Shown here: in pieces, positions 27,893 through 38,233 of the stretch
Numbering within the stretch: position 1 is the stretch's first letter
Layout of the letters: each line of letters begins with the position of its first letter
The notes under the pieces: model-generated
Database searches by the model: none
Told to the model about the DNA's origin: nothing
What the model saw: the letters and a program-made list of their open reading frames with translations, nothing else
Assembly (NCBI GenBank): GCA_963705255.1
Contig: OY970061.1
Location: 2,432,001-2,496,000, forward strand
Direction: 5' to 3'
Origin: an uncultured Methanoregulaceae archaeon
GTDB taxonomy: Archaea > Halobacteriota > Methanomicrobia > Methanomicrobiales > Methanospirillaceae
Length of the DNA: 64,000 bases
Program-made: the position numbers and the translations under genes

Positions 27893-28984
27893 ATGAAACC
27901 CACGTCACCCGTCAGGGATCTCCCGGAAGACTACCCGGAATTCATCGTCTCCCTGAAAAACCGGATCCGGTCAGCACAGGTTAAAGCCGCAGTATCCGTG
28001 AACCGTGAACTGGTCCTTCTCTACTGGCAGATTGGGCGAGAGCTTCTGGAGAAAGCGGATGCTGGCAGCTGGGGTGCGAAAGTGATCGACACGCTCGCCC
28101 GGGATCTTCAGTTGGAATTTCCCGGTACCGGGGGGTTTTCGCGGACCAATCTGTACCGTATGCGGGCGTTCTATGCAGCATACCCCGTAACTCCGGCAAT
28201 TGTCCCACAGGTTGTGGGACAAACTGAAAGCCAGCTGCCAGAACCGATCCTGCGTATCCCGTGGGGTCACAATGTGATCCTTATCGAGAAAGTAAAAGAA
28301 CCCGCAGAGAGGGTATGGTATGCCCGGCAGGCGATCGAACATGGCTGGTCGCGTGCGGTTCTCCATCACCAGATCGAATCAGATCTCTCTGCGCGACAGG
28401 GAAAGGCAATTACCAACTTTTCAGATACGCTTCCTGCGCCCCAGTCAGACATCGCCATGCAGACATTCAAGGATCCCTATATCTTCAGTTTTCTGACCCT
28501 TGATTTATCGGCACGGGAACGGGACCTGGAACAGGGCCTGATGGATCATATCCAGAAATTCCTTCTTGAGCTGGGTGTCGGATTCTCTTTTGTCGGGCGA
28601 CAGTACCTGCTTGAGGTCGAGGGCGGTGAATATTACCTCGATCTCCTCTTCTATCACCTCAGGCTCCGGTGTTTCGTTGTAATCGATCTCAAGATGGAAG
28701 AGTTCACACCGGAACATGCCGGTAAAATGAATTTCTATCTCTCAGTCGTGGATGACCGGCTACGCCAACCCGGGGACCAGCCATCGATCGGTCTTGTATT
28801 ATGTAAAACCAAAAAACATCTGACGGTCGAGTACGCACTGCGTGATATGGGGAAGCCTATCGGGGTATCAGAATGGCGTACCGGCATCGTGGCATCGCTT
28901 CCGGAGCAGCTGCGGGGGAGTCTTCCGACCATTGAAGAGCTGGAGAATGAACTTACAAAAGAGACTGTTAACGGGAGAAAATGA
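27893..28984 (+). CDS. YhcG/DUF1016 PD-(D/E)XK nuclease family protein
   Basis: VNRELVLLYWQIG, GFSRTNL..MR.F, KDPYIF.FL, YLDLLFYH..LRCFVVIDLK, GKMNFYL. Confidence 0.92.
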   Translation: MKPTSPVRDLPEDYPEFIVSLKNRIRSAQVKAAVSVNRELVLLYWQIGRELLEKADAGSWGAKVIDTLARDLQLEFPGTGGFSRTNLYRMRAFYAAYPVTPAIVPQVVGQTESQLPEPILRIPWGHNVILIEKVKEPAERVWYARQAIEHGWSRAVLHHQIESDLSARQGKAITNFSDTLPAPQSDIAMQTFKDPYIFSFLTLDLSARERDLEQGLMDHIQKFLLELGVGFSFVGRQYLLEVEGGEYYLDLLFYHLRLRCFVVIDLKMEEFTPEHAGKMNFYLSVVDDRLRQPGDQPSIGLVLCKTKKHLTVEYALRDMGKPIGVSEWRTGIVASLPEQLRGSLPTIEELENELTKETVNGRK

Positions 28985-29101
28985 TCGCAATGCAATCATT
29001 TTTACGACGAGCGCCCGACGGGAATTCAGGCCCGGCCCCGGTTCTCATGCTTGATGGTTGAAGAGGTTTTTTGAAACCTCGACAATGAGAAGGGAGGCAT
29101 C

Positions 29102-29283
29102 AGCCGACCTTCGAATTCAGCAAGGATATCAATCCTCGATGAGGAGAAGATTGGTGGAGCCGACCTTCGAATTCAGCAAGGATATCAATCCTTGATGAGG
29201 AGAAGATTGGTGGAGCCGACCTTCGAATTCAGCAAGGATATCAATCCTTGATGAGGAGAAGATTGGTGGAGCCGACCTTCGAA
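29102..29283 (+). repeat. Tandem repeat, 56-bp unit x ~3.25
   Basis: AGCCGACCTTCGAATTCAGCAAGGATATCAATCCT(C/T)GATGAGGAGAAGATTGGTGG starts at 29102, 29158, 29214 and (partial) 29270. Confidence 0.95.
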
Positions 29284-29395
29284 GTGTTGCCGGCAGCATT
29301 CCTGCGCAATCTCCACTGCCGCACGGTGGAGGGCGTACTTGCAGGGCATGTCCTTGCTGTCTGGCTCAATAATCGTGTTGATCGTTTTCACCAGC

Positions 29396-30199
29396 CTACT
29401 TCTTCGTATCATCCCCGGCCGCCGCGTTCCCGGGCTCCATCCCGGCCTCCTGCCCGCGGAACCGCCTGAAGATATCCGCCCCCGCGGGGCAGAGAATATA
29501 ACGGACTGCTCTCCCTTCTTTACAGGTGGTGATAATCCCGTCGCCGGACAACCGCTTCGTGTGCCAGGTGATCGACGGGCCGGCAATGCCCACGACCTCT
29601 GCGATCTCCTTCCGGGAGACTTCCGGGGAAGAGGCAAGGATCTCGAGGATCCTTCGTGTCGTCGGGTTCTGCAGGTGCAGGAACACCTTCTTTTCCAGTT
29701 CGCTGTACCGCCCGTTGTTCTCAAAATACCGTACTGACCTCCCGCTGCCAAAGGAAACAATCCTCCGCTTCATCCCGAGGACCAGCACGTGGTACTTCAG
29801 GGTCCCCTCTTTTACCCCGGTCAGCCGTTCCAGTGCATTGAACTTCACGCCCGGGTTTGCCGCTATGCAGTCGTAAATATTCTGGCGGTTCCGGTTCCAC
29901 AGGATGGCATTCCGCTCGACTTTCCGGTACCCGAGGGCCGCCAGCATTTTCAGGAAGAAGAAGATCTCAACCGGATATACGAGCACCGGGCAAAAAGACA
30001 GGGATACTGCAATGAGCATCTCCCGCACCGTGAGGTCCCAGAACGATACCGGCACGGGGTCCTGGAGGTCAGCCGGCAATGCACCGGCCAGGCCCGGGGC
30101 CGCGCTGTATCCGCCGGTACCAGCTGCGGCGGACGGCACGGCAACCAGAAAAAGGGAAATGATGAGGGCGACAGCCCTCACCGGAGAGGATTCCATCAA
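29396..30199 (-). CDS. Membrane-anchored transcriptional regulator with two winged-helix domains
   Basis: N-terminal signal/TM segments; NR..IYDCI..NPG.....L.......GTLKYH and EVSRKEIAEVVGIAGPSITWHTKRL...GII. Confidence 0.85.
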   Translation of the reverse strand: MMESSPVRAVALIISLFLVAVPSAAAGTGGYSAAPGLAGALPADLQDPVPVSFWDLTVREMLIAVSLSFCPVLVYPVEIFFFLKMLAALGYRKVERNAILWNRNRQNIYDCIAANPGVKFNALERLTGVKEGTLKYHVLVLGMKRRIVSFGSGRSVRYFENNGRYSELEKKVFLHLQNPTTRRILEILASSPEVSRKEIAEVVGIAGPSITWHTKRLSGDGIITTCKEGRAVRYILCPAGADIFRRFRGQEAGMEPGNAAAGDDTKK

Positions 30200-30241
30200 T
30201 GACTATTTCTCATGACGGAATATCAGTTTTATGGTTTTGTT

Positions 30242-30685
30242 TTAATAAATAACAAAATTATAACTCTGGGTCCCCAGGACACTCACTCCATACACCCTGA
30301 ACTTCCATGTCCCGGGAGCAATCCCGCCGGTCCTGCTGATCGTAAGGAAGATTCTCCCGTCCGTTACCCCGTCAGATGCATCATAAAACGGGCCGATGGT
30401 CCCGTCCGGGGCGATGGCCGTGAGCGAAAGCGAATTAGGGGCATATCCCCAGTTCAGGTCCACTGTCAGGGACGCCTTTCCTGAGGGGACCACTACTGAA
30501 TACCAGTTTGTCTGCCCCTGGGTGATAGTACCAGCGGTCATGGGTGACATGACCGCAGGCAGGTGCAGGTCTCCGGCCGGGGTTGCTGAATACGCGGCAC
30601 TGGTGTTGGCATTCTGTGCAGAAACTCCCGATACGAGCACGATGGCGCAGACCAGGATTACCAGACTGATTACGGATACTTTCAT
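30242..30685 (-). CDS. Secreted pre-peptidase C-terminal (PPC)-like domain protein
   Basis: Signal peptide; TITQGQTNWY, LTVDLNWG, GTWKFRVYG. Confidence 0.75.
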   Translation of the reverse strand: MKVSVISLVILVCAIVLVSGVSAQNANTSAAYSATPAGDLHLPAVMSPMTAGTITQGQTNWYSVVVPSGKASLTVDLNWGYAPNSLSLTAIAPDGTIGPFYDASDGVTDGRIFLTISRTGGIAPGTWKFRVYGVSVLGTQSYNFVIY

Positions 30686-30726
30686 AGTATACCGGTAAGC
30701 GGGTTTCGGTATCCGGCACTTAACCT

Positions 30727-30788
30727 TTCTAGCGCGATCGTCTACCGATCAGGGTCCGGTAGATGGCTGCGTTAGAATCGTTATATAT
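30727..30788. promoter_or_regulatory. Divergent promoter with back-to-back 19-bp motifs and TATA box
   Basis: TTCTAGCGCgatcGTCTAC...GTAGATggctGCGTTAGAAtcgTTATATAT between divergent genes. Confidence 0.65.
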
Positions 30789-30809
30789 CGCGTAGTGAAA
30801 TCCCCATTC

Positions 30810-30942
30810 GTGGACAGCCGGGGGTTGTCCCAAAAAGAAAGGACGGGTTCACCTCAGGTCGAATTGCGGTTGAACCCGGTCCCGCCCGAAGGCATGGGAG
30901 TGTCATCTTCTGATCCTATGAAGGGTTTCCCATGCCTTCGAG
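30810..30942 (+). ncRNA. Candidate structured leader RNA, copy 2
   Basis: Same first hairpin; GGGTTCA/TGAACCC stem; 13-bp stem CGAAGGCATGGGA/TCCCATGCCTTCG. Confidence 0.45.
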
Positions 30943-30974
30943 CATAAAGCATGGAAAAAATGGAGGAAAAACAA

Positions 30975-31533
30975 ATGAGCCTACACAAAACAGTTGTCAT
31001 CCTGCTGGCACTGCTGCTGGCAGGGATAGCACTGGTACCGATAGTAAGTGCTGAAAGCAGCGATCTTGGTGTAACTACACAATATCTGTCCCCGGAAGAA
31101 GGGGCAAAGTTTACCGGAGCCAATCCTGCAAAGGACATAGGGGTTGGGGGCATGCTGAAGACGAAGACTGCTGTCAAATCGAATCCCGCAACATTTGCGG
31201 CAACTGAAGCACCTCACTGGAGTGCTTACACAGATCTTTGGAGAAACTGGTGGTCAGCAAGTCCCGTGTATTGTGATGCATATTCCCGTTCAAGAACCAG
31301 CTCAGGTTCAGCATATGATATCAATAAAATCGGCTTGCGAGAACGTGTCTGGAGAGATGGTTCACTCTACAATGACCAGACTGACACTCATTATAATTCT
31401 GCTGATGCACAAGTGAATTATCAGTACCTCGGCCGTGTATACCGGAGGAACATGGACCGCCCAATCCGATCACACCTTCGAACTTTCAGGGTATTCATCC
31501 TGGTATCCGGTTACAACCGATACCTTAACCTAA
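30975..31533 (+). CDS. Secreted aromatic/Ser/Thr-rich protein; probable frameshift near 31430
   Basis: GGAGG RBS; signal peptide MSLHKTVVILLALLLAGIALVPIVSA; the alternative frame ends YTGGTWTAQSDHTFELSGYSSWYPVTTDTLT*. Confidence 0.65.
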
Positions 31534-31561
31534 TTTATTTTTTAATACTTGGTGGGAACAC

Positions 31562-32639
31562 ATGGAAAAAATAAAGGTACTTATTTATCCGGCTCTTTTT
31601 GGTTTTGCTATCATTCTTGTGACTATAGGTATTATGGGCGTCCCCAACGCGGAAAAATCCCCGCTTTGGGCGATGACATTGAATTCTTCAGACAATAATA
31701 CGACATATTCGACAACGTATAACAAGAATCAGGTTACGGAAAGTTTCGGTGTTAATATTTTCCCGGGTCCGGTAAAACAAAATGAGACTGCGCAAACGGC
31801 GTTAAGGACAATTGACTCAAATGAGTCATTTGAAGGATATCTTTGGGTAAACAATCAGATGACAAAGGGTAATGATTTTCTCATTTTCGGACTCTTGGAT
31901 TACCAGCAGATACCGTTTGAATTCAATAATTCGGGTACAAACGTTCACCACGTAATTCATATGGCTGCCTTCGAAGAATCCTTCTATCACTTCAGGATTC
32001 CGCCTATGAACGACGGGAGCCATGATTTTGAACTGTTCCTGGTCATGAAGCCGGATGAACACTCACTGAATGATTCATTCCGACTTAGTACCTGATCAGG
32101 CACTTCTCGGGAGCCGACGTGTGAATATTATTGTGGGAAATACTACGGGATTTTCCGCGCCTCATAGGAAAAATTACGATGGCCCGACGCAATCCTGCGG
32201 TTCCGGTTATGTTCTCAATGACGGATTACTTGTCACAACAAAGCCCTGCGATACCAAGGCGTTGTTTTCGGCTAATGTGACCCCGTCTGAGATATATGAT
32301 TATTCCATCAATATCGCAGCGGACAATAAATACCCGGTCTCTGTTGCGATTGTTCCTCTGCTCGATTATTACCAGGTCCCCCTTGCAAATAATATGAAAG
32401 AGAATGTGGCATTTTTTAATCTCCGTCCCGGAAAAAAATTAGCGGTCCCTGCAAACATTCTTATCCCGCAGGATGGGGGTGTTCATGAACTCATGGTACT
32501 CTGGATTCCGCAACCGTACATTTCTCTTGATGATGATTCACGGAGCGTAAAACAATACCATCAATGGGCAACATCTGAACCAAGTATCCGGGTAGGTCTT
32601 GATGGGAGATCTGATCCTCAAAACAGGAGGTCCCGGTAA
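31562..32639 (+). CDS. Membrane-anchored extracellular protein with an internal domain duplication; frameshift near 32090
   Basis: N-terminal TM; LLDYQQIPF...G.HDFEL repeats as LLDYYQVPL...GVHEL in the second ORF. Confidence 0.6.
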
Positions 32640-32682
32640 AACGTGAGAGCGGATCTCTCCACCGGATATAACTCATAAAAGG

Positions 32683-33302
32683 GTGCTGATGACAGCAATC
32701 ATAAAGAAAACGGGAAATCGAAATACAGTTTCTACTATCGGTATCCTGATTTCTCTCTTCATTCTATTTATTATTTTTACCGGGTGCATCACCAATACCC
32801 CGTTCACCAATTCTACCCATCCGTTCCCTCCAACAATGACAACGAACCAGTCTCCGGAACAGGCTTCCAGTTTTAATTATTCTGATATCCGGTTATTTTC
32901 ACCGGATCCCATTAAGACGAATGTAAGCTGATATTGCAAAAATCGCACTGAATGATGAACACGCCAAAGAATTGCTGATGCATGGTGGAATAATTGATGA
33001 CAGAGCTGGAAGATTTCACTCATGTCCAAAAGGAGCAGTCCAATGTTATTACCCGACACTCGTCATACGATACGGAGTGATACCGTTCTATATCGAAGTT
33101 GATGAAGACACCGGCAAAATAGCCCATGTAGATGCTCAGGTTGCTGATTATCCAGATCGTTATTCCAAAACATTAGGTTTGTACCCGTACAAGGAACAGC
33201 ACTGATAATACCGTAAGCGTCTACAATGACACGACGCTCATCATGACGTACAATGACTCATCCTTCGTATACTTAAAAGAACTGGGAGAGGGGAATCCTT
33301 AG
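32683..33302 (+). pseudogene. Fragmented lipoprotein-like gene
   Basis: IIFTGC lipobox followed by several frame breaks. Confidence 0.4.
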
Positions 33303-33322
33303 TTCTGTAGAAAGACTTTGAA

Positions 33323-33764
33323 AATCCCAGCTTTGAGATCCCGGACTTCCATACACTGAATCAGCAGTCAGATGCGGTTTCTGCTACTTCATCTCAATCC
33401 GGAGAATCGCATAAAACTCTGGTATCCCCTTCAGTAATAGTGTATGTAGCGACTGCAAACAGTGCCACATCAGCTATTCCTGGAGTTATTAACTATTGGG
33501 CAAGTACGTCAAATACACCCACCGCATTCCCTGTTACGAACATTATTGCACAACTTTTGAGGTGGAATGGATCGCGAGTGGGTTATGGTTGATCAGGGAA
33601 CCGATAGCGAATATTATACAATGTTCGCTGAAGTCTGGAAGAACAAACTGTTACCTTCATCAGGGCAGTACATAACATATTCTCAGCACTACGGCGATTT
33701 TCCCCCGGGTGCAGTTCCAGCGGCGTATTATTTAACCCGTTGGTCAAACCAGGTAACCTATTAA
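33323..33764 (+). pseudogene. Orphan C-terminal fragment of a secreted protein
   Basis: Open stretch NPSFEIPDF...GVINYWASTS...LLRWNG, then a frameshift to EWVMVDQG...SQHYGDFPPG...WSNQVTY; no start or signal peptide. Confidence 0.4.
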
Positions 33765-33797
33765 TTCCTATTTTTTTTCGAACTGTTGATCATTAAC

Positions 33798-34181
33798 CTA
33801 TTTATCAAAACCATATTTTTTTGCATTTTCAAAACTGGTCTTTGATTCATTATTTTGGTGCATGTTTTGAAGGGTAATCCCTTTTGAATACCACGCATAT
33901 CCGTTCGCAGGATCTATTTCAAGGGCCCGATTGTAATTTTGCAAGGCTTTTTCATATTGGTTATTAACATCGTTGTAGTAATTTCCTCTCAGGACCCAGG
34001 CTGTCGCATTCATGGGCTCAGACTGTACCAGAGTATCGTAATAACTTTGACTTTTATTGAGATCTTCAACAATTTTCGTAGTATTTTTTTCGATTACTGC
34101 GGGATTTTGCAGCGTGCACCCGGAACTAAAAAAAACTATACAGAAAATCAGCGAAATTGGAAGATAAAAATTCATATTCAT
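33798..34181 (-). CDS. TPR-containing lipoprotein
   Basis: FSSGC lipobox; AWVLRG, YEKALQNYNRALEIDP..GYAWYSKG. Confidence 0.8.
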   Translation of the reverse strand: MNMNFYLPISLIFCIVFFSSGCTLQNPAVIEKNTTKIVEDLNKSQSYYDTLVQSEPMNATAWVLRGNYYNDVNNQYEKALQNYNRALEIDPANGYAWYSKGITLQNMHQNNESKTSFENAKKYGFDK

Positions 34182-34947
34182 CTTTTTTCTTTCCAGACAA
34201 TAATATTTCCGGGAGAGGCATATCGGGATAAAAAGACAAATCCCGGATACTTTCATAGTATCGCGGGCCGGTTTTGCACCATGATCCCCCGCACTTCAGG
34301 GGCCTTTTGTAAACAAACATGTGCCTGCCCGTGAAGGTCTTCTGACTGCAGGCCCCCGTGTGATCCTGTATCCGGTAGATGAATGCGTTAGAACCATTAT
34401 ATACGCCTCAACGAAACACCACCGGCGGACTTCGGTAAGAAGTCCTGAACGGGTTGTATGGCCATGGAACGGATTGCTCGTATTATTGGTTACCGGATGT
34501 ATCGTGAGTATTGTTGGATTTGCCCTTGCCCAGTATCTCCCGGCACTTATCATCGTTGCTCTTATAGTCATTGCGTTTCTCTACTCGGATTTTCAGGAAT
34601 CGCATAAATCAGGCCGGAGGGATCTCAAAAAAAATGCAGTCTGTTACCGTATTCGTGATCGTGACCGCCTATTGCATGATAACAGGTTTGTGGATTTTCT
34701 GGGCAGGGATCACAGACTATCCTCTATGTTGATACCCTTGTTGACTCGATAAGGGAATGGCTTGATGCCCGTCACCAGGCCTGTCTCGATGCGTTAAAAA
34801 CAATGCAGTCACCGGGATCAGAAAATACTATGCAATCCCTCCAGCAGTCCATTCTCCATCTTGAGCAGCGGATGAATGCACTGGAACGAGAGAAGAGTGG
34901 ATAATTTCAGAAGCCAACGGCGACATACAGGATATTGGTAACCAGAC

Positions 34948-35400
34948 ATGTCACCGGAAGCCCGGAACCCTCAAAAATCCTTCTTTTTTTTCTATACATC
35001 GTTGATTTCATGTGTAATTCTCATCCTCTGGCTGCTTCCTGATCTTGTAATAATAATGCATGGAGGAGAAGGGGGACCTGGACTGTGGGGTCTTTTTACT
35101 ATTATCGCTTTACCGGCTACCATCATCGCCCCGCTTGTTTATGGCTGGTATATGAAGGATATGAAAGGTGCAGTACTCATCGGAGTATTACCGTTCCTGC
35201 TGACGATGATGGTTGTGAGGATATGGTCCGGTTCCGGGAACGATAGTTACCTGATAAGAACCGTTCTCTGGATCGGTTCTCTATGTGTCATCGGGGGGTT
35301 GGAAGGTTTTTTTGCTGCAAAGAAAACTGCAGGATCTTTCCTGGTCGCACTGCTTCTTGCAGGAATATGGGCGGGAATATTTTTCAGCGGAATACGGTGA
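34948..35400 (+). CDS. Multi-pass membrane protein
   Basis: About five hydrophobic segments in 150 aa. Confidence 0.65.
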   Translation: MSPEARNPQKSFFFFYTSLISCVILILWLLPDLVIIMHGGEGGPGLWGLFTIIALPATIIAPLVYGWYMKDMKGAVLIGVLPFLLTMMVVRIWSGSGNDSYLIRTVLWIGSLCVIGGLEGFFAAKKTAGSFLVALLLAGIWAGIFFSGIR

Positions 35401-35528
35401 GTTTTTTCCAAGTCGTCCTCTTTTATTGGTTCATCGGGTTCCAGGTTCCTGCTTTCATAACCAGTGTTGTCAAAACACTATGAACGAGGACGATTTATTT
35501 TATTCTCCCCGTTGGATTATCGCGTTCA

Positions 35529-36099
35529 GTAGAGGGTTGCGCTAGAATCGTTATATACCGGGTAACGAAATCCCCATTCGTGGACAGCCGGGGGTTGTCC
35601 CGAAAAGAAATGATGGGTTCACCAGGCGACGAACTTCGTTGAACCCGGTCCGCCCGCAGGCATGTGATCATTATCGTACATTCTTATGAGGATTTTCCCG
35701 TGCCCGGGTTGACAGCAAGGGAAGTGATAGCATAGACTCCACATACGGAAAGCAGAACAAAATGGCGGTATCCGGCAGGATACCGTCCTGGTTAACGAAG
35801 GAGAGCGGCCACTTACACCTTACCGGGGATGTACTCCGGGGGCAGGGATTCCCGGCAGGGGTATCCGGTCAGCCTGCAGGAAAAAACCGGAAGCGGAGGC
35901 GGGCACAGGATGCCGAAGAGTAAATCCGTGACTGAAGGCGGTATTCCGCTCTATCTCCTGCCTCAGGCAATCGCACGGCAGATCACCAGGATCGGCAACT
36001 CAGTGTACCGCATCAGCGTGAAACGGACGCACTGGCATTATTACAACATATCCGTCAGGACAAAATCCCTGCCAAAGGAGCTTGCCCCGGCACGGGTTA
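35529..36099 (+). repeat. Duplicate of 24403-25008 (motif, TATA, leader RNA copy 3, 5' part of ORF-A)
   Basis: High identity up to CACGGGTTA, then divergence. Confidence 0.9.
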
Positions 36100-36179
36100 T
36101 CCAACGTGCTTCCCCGCAGGAGAGGGAACCGGACAATCATTATCCTGTCATCCAGGAGGATAAACGGTGTACGGTATGA
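35910..36179 (+). CDS. Small basic hypothetical protein (ORF-A, copy 2)
   Basis: First ~62 aa nearly identical to copy 1; the C-terminus is unrelated but the length is the same. Confidence 0.6.
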   Translation: MPKSKSVTEGGIPLYLLPQAIARQITRIGNSVYRISVKRTHWHYYNISVRTKSLPKELAPARVIQRASPQEREPDNHYPVIQEDKRCTV

Positions 36180-36565
36180 GCCGGGGACCACACCCGGGAA
36201 GGACGCTCGCCGTTGCCATCCCGATCGCAGAAATGCGGGGGACTGTCCATATCGTCCGGCAGGCCCGCGGGAGCCTGTATGATTTCGTGATCTCGACTGC
36301 GGTCCCGGTCGCGTTTGTCCGCGTGAAGTATACGGACTGGATTCTCATGACGCTCCCGGAGGCAGAAGCATACTACCGTGATGTGATCAATGGCCTCCGT
36401 GCCATTGCATCAACAGAGAATGTTTCGCGTGAACTCTGGCTGCGTTCCCGGCATGGGACCTGGCGGTTCTTCCGGGTTGGCGAGAACGGTCCCGTTGAGC
36501 TCTCACGGAACGGCATGGTATTCAATACACCCGGTAAGGAAAAAGTCAAATCTCGTCAGGTATAG
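36176..36565 (+). CDS. Hypothetical protein (ORF-B, copy 2)
   Basis: YDFVI......FVRVK, SRELWL, GTWRFFRV. Confidence 0.6.
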   Translation: MSRGPHPGRTLAVAIPIAEMRGTVHIVRQARGSLYDFVISTAVPVAFVRVKYTDWILMTLPEAEAYYRDVINGLRAIASTENVSRELWLRSRHGTWRFFRVGENGPVELSRNGMVFNTPGKEKVKSRQV

Positions 36566-37242
36566 GGAAGTGAGGAAGAAGGGATCTCCCCTCTTTTACC
36601 TCTCTTCTGATGGGGGGGATCCTGATCCTCTTTTGGGGGCACCTCCCAAATCTCCCCTATACGGGCTCCGATTGGCCATTTTTCCGGATCCAGAGGAGGT
36701 ATTTCGTCAAAATGAGACATTATTTCGCTAAGATTTGCTCATTTTCACGTCAGTAATCCAGAGACGCTATTTGGGTGTATTTGGAAGGCGAAAAACAGCT
36801 TGGATCGGCCTTCAGGCCAGGAGCGCCGGGAGGATGGTTAATGGGGCTTTTCAATTACGATCCCATTTTTGCGAAACCCTCCGGCAGATTTCCTGCCACG
36901 GATTATCTCCAAATGCCAGCAAAACCCTCCGTTTTGCCCTCTGAAAATTTATTCAGCCAAGCCCATCTGCTCATAAAACCCATACTGATATGTCCAAAGG
37001 AGTTCTGCAGAACCCCGTGGACGAGAAGAATGACGAAGTCATTCTTCACTGTCAAAGGGGCCCTGGAGACACCAAAAGAAAACGAGGTTCGGTGAACCTT
37101 CGAGAGGTCGAAGAAATGTTTCACATTTCTTCTCCTCTTCCTGGTTCTGATGAACCAGTCAGAGGTCGAAGATTTGATCTAAATCTTCTCCTCTTCGAGG
37201 TTCGAATCGAACCTCTCAGAAACAAAAGGAGGAACCAAAAAC

Positions 37243-37746
37243 ATGGCAGATTTCGTACAGAAAACAACCGTAAAATCCGCGGTTCGCATCCTCGCGAACC
37301 CGATAGCAGACGCAGCGGCGTTCAACACGATCGTCCAGTCGGTCATCACGACCAACCCGTTTGCATGCACAGCCTATGAGACCGCCGGCGTCAGCCACCA
37401 GCCGGTAGAGAAGACCAAGGAGTCCTACGTGGCGAAGATCGTGTACCAGGATTCCGACGCGAAGACCGTCGGGACCGACTCCGGCAGGTTCAGCTCCATC
37501 GCCGGGTTCAATGCCGGCGCCACGGCACTCCTCGGGAATGCAGCCCTCACCGCAGCCCACGGGGGCACCCCGGCCCGGGACACGGCACACGAGACCTACT
37601 CGGCCACCCTGAAGTGCCACGACGCGAACGGGGAGATCTACATGGTCACCTTCGGCCGGCAGAGTGTGAGCCTCACCTCGTACTCGGACGATGCGATCCG
37701 GACCAAGGTCGATACCTGGGCCGACTCGGTGGGAGCTCTCGCGTAA
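37243..37746 (+). CDS. Hypothetical protein (167 aa, Ala/Thr-rich)
   Basis: AGGAGG RBS; strong GC3 codon bias. Confidence 0.8.
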   Translation: MADFVQKTTVKSAVRILANPIADAAAFNTIVQSVITTNPFACTAYETAGVSHQPVEKTKESYVAKIVYQDSDAKTVGTDSGRFSSIAGFNAGATALLGNAALTAAHGGTPARDTAHETYSATLKCHDANGEIYMVTFGRQSVSLTSYSDDAIRTKVDTWADSVGALA

Positions 37747-38233
37747 GGTAGTAAAGAACAGTAGCGGGAAATCAGGAACGCGATCCGATCGCCCCCCTCA
37801 TGCGCCACCAGAGTCGAAGAGCCTGATGGCTCTTCTCCAGGCTGCCCGTCTCTTCGGGATCGGCAGCCTTCCCCCATCGGGGGGCGGGGCGCATCAGGAT
37901 GGGACTATTACGGAGATCTGGATACCTCAAAAAAATTACAGACCCGGTAATACGTCGTTATCCTTATGTGGGGGATGCCCACGCGGCGGGGAGGCAGTCG
38001 TCGCGTCAGCGAGGATTGACTGGAGAAGAATCCTTAAGGATTCTTCGACTGCGGATTTACGAGTCGAAGAGCCTGATGACTCTTCTCCAGCCCGATACTT
38101 CGTATCGGTCTCCCCCAAGAGCGTCAAATTTCTTCCGGGGCAACCGGAGGAAATCCCTCTTCCCGCTCAAAAAGAGGCACACATCATGGAAACCGAAATT
38201 CTTGGGATATCGAACCCCGGAGGGGTGAGATTA

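Noticed and set aside
29102-29283. Possible CRISPR array
   Set aside because: Units are near-identical end to end with no unique spacers, and no cas genes are present.
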